From contig JBAZSC010000003.1 in assembly GCA_041662665.1 (NCBI GenBank), forward strand, positions 143,115 through 207,114: a stretch of 64,000 nt of DNA, in the 5' to 3' direction. This document shows positions 54,484 to 64,000 of this stretch, piece after piece (the first letter of the stretch is position 1; every line of letters begins with the position of its first letter). Under the pieces are notes generated by a model that made no database searches, had not been told where the DNA came from, and saw only the letters and a program-made list of their open reading frames with translations. The stretch is from Patescibacteria group bacterium (lineage in GTDB: Bacteria > Patescibacteriota > JABMPQ01 > JAQVVF01). The position numbers and the translations under genes are program-made.

Positions 54484-55233
54484 TTATTTTTTAGTTAAAG
54501 TTTGTTGTTTTGAGTTTAGTCTTAATTTCCAGACGATCCAGAAAGCCTCGTAAAATATTTTTTTTGAGAATTTAGAAATACCATTTTTGCGATCAGCAAA
54601 GACAATTGGTATTTCTTTTATTTTAAAGCCAGCTAATTTTGTTTTATACGCCATTTCAATTTGAAATGAATAGCCATCAGATTGGATTTGATCAAAATCA
54701 ATTTTTTCTAGGACTTGGCGTTTATAACAGCGAAATCCGGAAGTAAGATCGTCAATTTCTAGCTTTAGGATTGTTTTGGCATATAATGTTCCAAAACGGC
54801 TAATCAATTTTCGATGAAGCTCCCAATTCTTTGTTGATCCGCCATTAATATATCTTGATCCAATAACCAAATCAGAATCCTTCATGGCTTTTAAGAAGCT
54901 TGGAATACTATGCGGATTGTGGGAAAAATCAGCGTCCATTTCAAAAATATAGTCAGCGCCTAAGAAGAGCGCTTTTTTAAATCCAGAGATATAAGCTGAT
55001 CCTAAGCCCATTTTTGCTTCTCGATTGATGACGTAAAGTTGTTTTGGCATATCTTCGCTTAATCTTTGAGCCATAATACCTGTTTGATCTGGTGAATTGT
55101 CATCTACGATGATAATGTTGCCGTCAATGTTGTTATCGCGAAAAACAGTTAATATTTCTCGGACAATTTTTTTAAAATTTTCAACTTCGTTGTAGGTTGG
55201 TAGAACAATGCTGACCATAGTTTTGTTTTTCAC
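54484..55233 (-). CDS. GT2-family polyprenol/dolichol-phosphate glycosyltransferase (DPM1-like)
   Basis: MVSIVLPTYNE...IIVDDNSPDQTG...DADFSH. Confidence 0.8.
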   Translation of the reverse strand: MKNKTMVSIVLPTYNEVENFKKIVREILTVFRDNNIDGNIIIVDDNSPDQTGIMAQRLSEDMPKQLYVINREAKMGLGSAYISGFKKALFLGADYIFEMDADFSHNPHSIPSFLKAMKDSDLVIGSRYINGGSTKNWELHRKLISRFGTLYAKTILKLEIDDLTSGFRCYKRQVLEKIDFDQIQSDGYSFQIEMAYKTKLAGFKIKEIPIVFADRKNGISKFSKKIFYEAFWIVWKLRLNSKQQTLTKK

Positions 55234-55368
55234 TCTAATTAATTTTCTAATAAATCTAATATATTTTCGAATTCTGGCTTAGGAAAGGTATTTACTTAGC
55301 ATTATAAATGTCATATAATGAGTTTAACATATAATTTATGCTAAAAACATAGTTATTTATGCAAAAAT

Positions 55369-56082
55369 ATGAAAAAAATATTTAAAACATATAAAAAATT
55401 TGAGAAAGCTAATTTGTTGCAATTAAGTTCCTTTTTTCTTGGTTTTGCAGTTGGCAAAAATAAAGATAAGAAAATACGACCTTTTTTTAAAAATGCTTAC
55501 ATTGTTATAAAGGAAAATAAAGGAATATTATATTGGCGAAAAGAAAATTTTGAGAAAGCCATTTTGGTATTGAATAATCTGATCGAGAAGAAGCCAAAAT
55601 ATAATTCTGAATTATTGAAAAAAATTGAAAAAAAAGCGAAGGAAATTAAAAGGATAACAGCAAAAATTGCCAAGATGAAATTAAATAAAAAGAGTAATCA
55701 AGAGATAGCTAAATTTGTGCAGGTGCTATATAATATCAAAGTTGAATGGGCAGATTTGTTGTTTATCCCTAATATCTTAGTTATGGAACAAAAGCCAAGT
55801 AAATTTGAAATTTTGGCAATTGAGATTGAAAATAGAATTAATATATTAATGGATTCGATAATCAAGGAAATATCTAGAAGAACTTTTTATTCTGTAAGTC
55901 AATTATATTTTGCTTTGCCAATTGAGATAAAAGATATTATAAATAAAAAGGGATTAAAAAGATATGAATTGGATAACAGAAGCAAATTATGTTTAATTGA
56001 AGTGAACAGGAATGGCAAGCTAAAAGTAATTTCTGGAATTGAAGCTAAAAATATTATTAAAAAATACAAAACAATTTTATAA
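55369..56082 (+). CDS. Hypothetical protein
   Basis: 237 aa ORF, K-rich. No recognisable domain. Confidence 0.45.
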   Translation: MKKIFKTYKKFEKANLLQLSSFFLGFAVGKNKDKKIRPFFKNAYIVIKENKGILYWRKENFEKAILVLNNLIEKKPKYNSELLKKIEKKAKEIKRITAKIAKMKLNKKSNQEIAKFVQVLYNIKVEWADLLFIPNILVMEQKPSKFEILAIEIENRINILMDSIIKEISRRTFYSVSQLYFALPIEIKDIINKKGLKRYELDNRSKLCLIEVNRNGKLKVISGIEAKNIIKKYKTIL

Positions 56083-56128
56083 AAAATTTATGAACAATGA
56101 AATTGTTCAATGTTAAGTTATTATATTT

Positions 56129-58323
<2,195 letters not shown>

Positions 58324-58355
58324 GCGAATCAAAAGTTTAAAATCTAAAGTCAAAA

Positions 58356-58383
58356 ATAAAACCTCGACGAGAGGTTTTTTGTT
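58356..58383. terminator. Bidirectional terminator between the convergent ahcY and rhodanese genes
   Basis: aaacctc-gacga-gaggttt, with an A-run on one side and T6 on the other. Confidence 0.7.
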
Positions 58384-58400
58384 TATAATTTTTAAATATT

Positions 58401-59207
58401 TTATTCGATTGGGTAATTTTTGTTTTGCCAATCTAGGTAACCGTTGATGAGATTAATTGCTTGCGTAAAACCTTTTTTAGTTAGACTTTCGACAATCAAT
58501 TTGCTTCTATTTCCTGTTTCATCATAAACAATTAATTCTTTGTTTCTAGGCAATTCTTTTATTCTGTTAGCTACTTCTTCGAATGGCATATTAATTGCAT
58601 TTTTGATATGTGATTTGTCAAAACTATCTTTTTCTCTGATATCTAAAATAACGATATCCTCGTTATTATCAATTTTTTGTTTTAATTGATCTAAATTAAT
58701 GCTTTTATAAATTGCATCGAATCCAGAAATTATTGGATAATTTTGTTCTTCCCAACCTGTTACTCCTTCCTTGAAACTTTTAACATTTTTTAATCCTTTT
58801 GACGATAGTAGCTCAGCGGCTTTCGTTGAAGTTTTGCAGGTATTATCATTAGTACAAGTTGTAATTATTTCTTTATTATTTGGAATTTCTTTTATTCTTG
58901 CTTCGACTTGCTCATATGGAATATTTATTGAACCAGGAATATGCTTGGTTAAATAATTTTGTTCACTTTGAACGTCTAAAATATAAATGTTTTCTTGATT
59001 GTCAATTTTTTCTTTTAATTCTGAAGCAGTAATTGTTGGTATTGTAGATTGTGATTCGTTCAAATTTGTTTGGCTATTTTTGACTGGCTTGATATTTAAT
59101 TTCCATTGAGGTTTAACAAAAATAGCAATAATGCCGCCAACTACGATAATTACTGCGAAAATTAACATGATCGTTTCTTTTTTGCTTGCTTTATATGGTT
59201 CTGACAT
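58401..59207 (-). CDS. Membrane-anchored tandem rhodanese-domain protein
   Basis: N-terminal TM then two rhodanese-like modules (ILDVQSEQNYLTKHIPGSINIP; ILDIREKDSFDKSHIKNAINMP). Confidence 0.7.
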   Translation of the reverse strand: MSEPYKASKKETIMLIFAVIIVVGGIIAIFVKPQWKLNIKPVKNSQTNLNESQSTIPTITASELKEKIDNQENIYILDVQSEQNYLTKHIPGSINIPYEQVEARIKEIPNNKEIITTCTNDNTCKTSTKAAELLSSKGLKNVKSFKEGVTGWEEQNYPIISGFDAIYKSINLDQLKQKIDNNEDIVILDIREKDSFDKSHIKNAINMPFEEVANRIKELPRNKELIVYDETGNRSKLIVESLTKKGFTQAINLINGYLDWQNKNYPIE

Positions 59208-59215
59208 TTTATTTT

Positions 59216-60154
59216 TTATATAGCGATTTTATTTATAATATTTTTATTTCCTCGTAAATAATCTGAAGTTGCGATTTCTTTTTTTCCTTCTGGTTGCCAT
59301 TTATCTATAACAAGAATGTTTTTAAAACAGGCAACAGCGATTTTATTCTCATGAATAAATATTGTGCCATTTTGTTTTTTTGTATCTTGATTGATTATAC
59401 TTGCTTTTGTTATTTTGAAACGTTTTTTGTCGATAAAAGTATAGGCTGAAGGCCAAGGATAGAAAGCATTAATTTGTTGTAAAATATTTTTGGCATTTTG
59501 TTGCCAATCAATTTTTCCATCTTCTTTTTTGATGATTCTTGTGTAAGTTGCTTGATTATTATCTTGAGGCTTGGGAGTAATTTTTTTATTAATATAATCA
59601 GGCAATATTTTTAGGAGAAATTCAGCACCGATTTTTGATAAACGATTATGCAATGTTTCTGAGGTATCATCATTATATATTTTTTCAGTTTTTTGTGCAA
59701 TTATGTCGCCTTCATCCATTTTTTCGTTCATAACCATAATTGTGATGCCTGTTTCTTTTTCTCCATTTAGAATTGCAGTTTGAATTGGAGATGCACCGCG
59801 ATATTTTGGTAATAAAGAGGCATGAATATTAATACAACCATATTTTGGTAAATTTAAAATGTCTTTTGGAATAATTTTTCCGTAGGCTGCAACAATAATA
59901 ACATCAGGATTAAGATCTTTAATTTGATTTATGAATTCTATATTTTCTTTTATTTTTTGAGGTTGAAGAACTTTAATATTATTTTTAATTGCAATCTGTT
60001 TGACTGGTGAGGGTAAAAATATTTGTTTTCTGCCAACTTTTTTGTCTGGCTGAGTTACAACTGCAATTAAGTTTGTTCCTTTTATTAGAGAATTCAAAGT
60101 TGGGACAGCAAAATCAGGTGTACCAAAAAAAATTGTTTTTATATTTTTTAACAT
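59216..60154 (-). CDS. fmt: Methionyl-tRNA formyltransferase
   Basis: IFFGTPDFAVPTLNSLI...VVTQPDKKVGRK, and a formyltransferase fold. Confidence 0.88.
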   Translation of the reverse strand: MLKNIKTIFFGTPDFAVPTLNSLIKGTNLIAVVTQPDKKVGRKQIFLPSPVKQIAIKNNIKVLQPQKIKENIEFINQIKDLNPDVIIVAAYGKIIPKDILNLPKYGCINIHASLLPKYRGASPIQTAILNGEKETGITIMVMNEKMDEGDIIAQKTEKIYNDDTSETLHNRLSKIGAEFLLKILPDYINKKITPKPQDNNQATYTRIIKKEDGKIDWQQNAKNILQQINAFYPWPSAYTFIDKKRFKITKASIINQDTKKQNGTIFIHENKIAVACFKNILVIDKWQPEGKKEIATSDYLRGNKNIINKIAI

Positions 60155-60586
60155 TTATTTGATAATTTTATCTATAAATAGAATGCCGTCGAGATGATCA
60201 ATTTCATGCTGAAGTACACGAGCATAAAGTCCTTTGGCAGTGATTTTGTTTTTATTTCCATTTTCATCTTGGAATTTGACTGTAACTTTGTAGGCTCTTT
60301 TTACTTTGCCAAAAATTTTAGGTAAAGATAAACAACCTTCTTCAGCAATTTCTTTTTTTAAAGATTTAGAAGTTATTTTTGGATTAATAAATATTTTTGG
60401 TCCATCTTTAGTTTGAATAGCAATTAATTTTATTGATTTTCCAATTTGTGGAGCGGCTAAGCCAATACCATCATGATCAAGCATAGTTTTAACAAATTCA
60501 GGAACCATTTTTTGAATATCAGAAAAATTCTCAATTGTTTGAGTTTTCATTCTAAGGATTTCATTTGGATAAGTAATAATCTTCAT
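60155..60586 (-). CDS. def: Peptide deformylase
   Basis: GIGLAAPQIG, EGCLS, HEIDHLDG. Confidence 0.9.
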   Translation of the reverse strand: MKIITYPNEILRMKTQTIENFSDIQKMVPEFVKTMLDHDGIGLAAPQIGKSIKLIAIQTKDGPKIFINPKITSKSLKKEIAEEGCLSLPKIFGKVKRAYKVTVKFQDENGNKNKITAKGLYARVLQHEIDHLDGILFIDKIIK

Positions 60587-60639
60587 GTAACACTCTAATT
60601 TATTTTCTAATATTTGCGAATGAGTTTTCGAATACTGTC

Positions 60640-62610
60640 TTAAAGTAAGCTCTCTGGATCGATATCAACAATCCAATCATTAGGAACTTGTTTTAAGATA
60701 TAATCTTTAAATTTTAGATCTTTAAGTTTAATTATAATTTGCCAGATGTATCGGCCTTGAATTTTTGTAAAAAACGATGGGGCAGGACCTAAAATAGTTA
60801 AAAGTTTAAAGTCTAAAGTTAAAAGTTTTCGAAGCTTGTTTGCCAAATTCGCTGATTCGTGTTGGGCTTGGTCTGGATCGGAATTTTTATAGATTAACTT
60901 GATGACTTTAACGAATGGAGGATAATCAAGATCTCGACGAGTTTTAATTTCATTTTTGTAGAAACTTTCAAAATCATGATTGGACGCAGTTTTAATAACA
61001 AAGCTATCTGGCTTATATGTTTGAAAAATTACTTTGCCAGGAGTAATACCTCTACCAGTTCTTCCAGCAATTTGTGTAAGAAGTTGAAAGGTTCTTTCTT
61101 GCGCTTTGTAATCTGGTAGATTCAAACCAACATCTGAAGAAATAACGCCCACAAGATCGACTCCCTCAAGATCCCAGCCCTTGGCAATCATTTGCGTACC
61201 GATCAAGATATTGGCTTTTTTTAGCCTAAAATCATTGTAAATTTGGGCATGCGAGTGCTTGGTGCGAGTAGTATCTGAATCCATCCTGAATATTCTAACA
61301 TATTTATACATTTTTTGCAACTCCTGTTCAACTTTTTCTGTTCCAGTGCCAAAATATTTTATAGCTGAACTTTTGCATCTTGGACAGGAAATCGGTGTGG
61401 GAGTTGTGTAGCCACAGTAATGACAGCTTAAATTATTTTGTTTATAGAGATGAAAAGTAAGAGGAACATCGCAATTTTTGCAAGTCGCAACATAACCGCA
61501 ATCTCGACAATTTACAAATGTGGCGATGCCTCTTCTATTTATATATAGCAGAGCTTGGCGATTATTTTTTATAATAGTTTCTAGCTCTTTTTGCAAACTT
61601 TCGGAAAAAATTGAGAAATTCCTCTTTTTGAATTCTTCTCGCATATCAACAATTTCTACTTTTGGCATTATTGAGTTTGCGGTGAATCTTGAAGGCAATT
61701 TTAGTAGTGAATAAATATTTTGTTCAGCCATATAATATGATTCGATACTTGGAGTAGCTGATCCAAGGACAACTTTTGTGTTAAATATGTTGGCTAATTT
61801 TATAGCTGCTTCTCTTGCATGGTAACGAGGATTTTGATCATATTGTTTATATGATGAATCATGCTCTTCATCAATAATGATAATGCCTAAATTTTGAATG
61901 GGAGCAAAGATTGCTGATCTTGGTCCAATAATTATTTTTGCTTTATTTGATTTTATTTTTTTCCATTGAGTAAATTTTTCTCCAGTTGATAATTTGGAAT
62001 GTAAAATTGCAATTTGTTCTTGATTAAAATGTTGGGAGAATCGATTGATTGTTTGTGGAGTTAAAGAAATTTCTGGAACTAAGACAATTGATTGTTTATC
62101 TAATTTTATTTGCTGTTCAATTAATTTTAAATAAATTTCTGTTTTGCCTGAACCAGTTACTCCATGAATAAGAAAAACTTTAAAATCTTTTGTTGAATTT
62201 ATTTTTTCAAATATTATTTGTTGTTGTTTTGTGAGTTTTGGATAGGCGATAGTATCTGATTTTACATCTTTTTCTTTTGTTCTTTGATTAACAGCTTGTG
62301 GCAACATTAGCTTTATGACAGAAGCAACAGATGTGTGGTAATATTCTGAAATCCATTTTGCAAGTTCTATCTGCTTGTTCGTTAAATTAATATTTTCTAC
62401 TTGTTTAATGATCTCTTTAGGTTTAAAACCAAGCTCTTGAACATTATTATTGTTCAGTGAATAAACGATACCTTTTATTGTTTTTCCACGAAAAGGAATC
62501 TCAACAACTTGACCTAGCGATATATTTTCTTTTGATAAATAAGAAAAAACCTGATTTTTGTCAGGAGGTAATTTAATTGATGGAATAATATTATATAAAT
62601 TAAATGACAT
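60640..62610 (-). CDS. priA: Primosomal protein N' (PriA helicase)
   Basis: Walker A GVTGSGKTE, DEEHD, Cys-rich zinc-binding insert CRDCGY...CKNCD...CHYCGY...CPRC. Confidence 0.88.
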   Translation of the reverse strand: MSFNLYNIIPSIKLPPDKNQVFSYLSKENISLGQVVEIPFRGKTIKGIVYSLNNNNVQELGFKPKEIIKQVENINLTNKQIELAKWISEYYHTSVASVIKLMLPQAVNQRTKEKDVKSDTIAYPKLTKQQQIIFEKINSTKDFKVFLIHGVTGSGKTEIYLKLIEQQIKLDKQSIVLVPEISLTPQTINRFSQHFNQEQIAILHSKLSTGEKFTQWKKIKSNKAKIIIGPRSAIFAPIQNLGIIIIDEEHDSSYKQYDQNPRYHAREAAIKLANIFNTKVVLGSATPSIESYYMAEQNIYSLLKLPSRFTANSIMPKVEIVDMREEFKKRNFSIFSESLQKELETIIKNNRQALLYINRRGIATFVNCRDCGYVATCKNCDVPLTFHLYKQNNLSCHYCGYTTPTPISCPRCKSSAIKYFGTGTEKVEQELQKMYKYVRIFRMDSDTTRTKHSHAQIYNDFRLKKANILIGTQMIAKGWDLEGVDLVGVISSDVGLNLPDYKAQERTFQLLTQIAGRTGRGITPGKVIFQTYKPDSFVIKTASNHDFESFYKNEIKTRRDLDYPPFVKVIKLIYKNSDPDQAQHESANLANKLRKLLTLDFKLLTILGPAPSFFTKIQGRYIWQIIIKLKDLKFKDYILKQVPNDWIVDIDPESLL

Positions 62611-63636
62611 TATTTTGTAAAGTAATTAATGACTTTTTCTTTTCTGTTTTCATTTCTAAGATAATAAGGAAGCAACCTATATAAAAGCGATATCATTGGT
62701 TTTATTTTATACAGACTGATAAATTTTTCACAGAATTTTTTTTGTTCTAAGAGTCTGTTAAATTTTTCACTATATTTATAATTTGGATCAATAATTTTTT
62801 TTGCTGCTTCTTGACCAGATAGGAGAGCGCCAAAGATTCCTTCACCTGTTAATCCATTAGTGAATCCGCCTGCTTCACCGATAAGAAAAAAGTTATTAAA
62901 TTTCATTCCTCGATAATCATAATTAATTGGAAATGACTCAATATTTTTTTCTGTAATGCCATTTTTGTTTAGCCATTCAAAAAAATTGTTTCTTAATTTT
63001 GAAATTGAAAAATATTTTTGATCTGTTGCTGTTCCAAAACGAGTGTGATTTTGGTGTGGAAAGATCCAAGCATAGTGAGGACCAAATAGTTTTGTGTCAA
63101 TTTTGATTTCAAAATCTTTGAACAATTTATTTGTTCGGACTTGCATCGTAGTCGCTAATTTGGTAGTTGGTATCTTTAGGAACTTTCGAACTAGAGAGTT
63201 TGCTCCATCTGCGCCAATTAAATATTTAAATTGATAACTTTCTTTCTCAGTATTTAGAGAGTTTTTTTGAATAGAAATAACTTTTGTGCTAGTTAGAATA
63301 GTTGCTCCGGATTTTTTTGCTTGTTCTGCTAGATAGGATCCTAGTTTTTCACGTTCAACAGTATAGAGATAAGGTTCGTTTTGATTTAAATTGATTATTT
63401 TTCTGTAAACAATAATTTTTGCTGAATTGAAACTTTTATCACAAATTGATATTGGAATGTTAAAATAGTTTATATCTTTTTGTGTTAAACCGCCAGCACA
63501 AATTTTTTTGCCAAATTCTGAATTTTTTTCTAATACTAATACTTTCTTGTTTTGTTTTGCAAGAGTTTTGGCTGCTGATAATCCGGCAGGGCCAGCACCA
63601 ATTATTATTGTTTCATAAAATTTATTTTGATTCATA
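62610..63636 (-). CDS. FAD-dependent oxidoreductase (geranylgeranyl reductase-like)
   Basis: N-terminal dinucleotide-binding IIIGAGPAGLSAAKTLAK. Start placed at ATG 63636; the track ORF extends to TTG 63701 through a duplicated segment. Confidence 0.65.
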
Positions 63637-63783
63637 ACTTTGGAAAAATATTGCTTTTTAAAAGTTTGCAGAAAATTGGTACGGGGCAAGCCTCGCACCA
63701 ATTATTATTGTTTCAAAGTATTGCATTTGCTTTAAGTCTAGCATTTTTTTGAAAATCTTCAAATATTTTGCTATACTAAAGTT

Positions 63784-64000
63784 ATGAAAAAGAAGCGCAT
63801 ATTTATTTCATTAAATGTTTCTCTCAGTATAAAAAGAAAAATTGCAAAAGTGCAAAAGAATTTTGCTGATTTTAATGGTGTAAGATGGGAACCTCGAAAA
63901 AAGTTACATATTACATTGCATTTTCTGAACTATTTAGACAATAATGAAATTGAAAAAGTTAAAAGTGTCTTGTCAAAGATTAAATTGAAAATCTTTATAG
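63784..64000 (+). CDS. thpR: RNA 2',3'-cyclic phosphodiesterase (2'-5' RNA ligase LigT/ThpR family), N-terminal part (3' end lies outside the window)
   Basis: RIFISL...GVRWEPRKKLHITLHFL contains the first HxTL motif. Confidence 0.6.
   Translation, partial: MKKKRIFISLNVSLSIKRKIAKVQKNFADFNGVRWEPRKKLHITLHFLNYLDNNEIEKVKSVLSKIKLKIFI

Overview
This is a 64 kb window from a low-GC (about 30%), gene-dense bacterial genome. It has mostly short intergenic spacers, few Shine-Dalgarno sequences and a compact housekeeping gene set, which is consistent with a reduced-genome uncultivated lineage (CPR/Patescibacteria-like); that placement is inference only. UGA is a stop codon here, because prfB (RF2) is present and uses an in-frame UGA in a programmed +1 frameshift. 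About 70 CDS and one tRNA-Gln are recognisable. The housekeeping genes include aspS (partial), scpA/scpB, comEB-like dCMP deaminase, mutM, prfB, ftsE/ftsX, pncB, glnA, dut, truB, nrdD/nrdG, a dacA-like D,D-carboxypeptidase, ahcY, fmt, def and priA. There are also several ABC and MacB-type transporter operons and a two-component system. No rRNA, CRISPR array, transposase or integrase is detectable. The unusual content is mostly non-coding or accessory:
1. A dispersed GC-rich palindromic element family (TCCGCCTTCG...CTTCGGCGGACA) in 8 copies, two of them inserted in-frame into CDS (nrdG and a YbaK-like deacylase), analogous to Rickettsia RPEs.
2. Phased arrays of ACGC(A/G)GAA direct or inverted repeats with 10-11 bp periodicity, inside and upstream of ABC transporter operons and upstream of glnA, which look like response-regulator-type binding arrays.
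3. A set of GC-richer genes with strong GGAGG Shine-Dalgarno sites, including a new Cys/His-rich zinc-ribbon paralogue family that shares an identical terminator.
4. Several further small repeat families, and a perfect 27-bp palindrome inside an ORF6N-domain gene.
5. A membrane-anchored Clp-type AAA+ ATPase next to an archaemetzincin.
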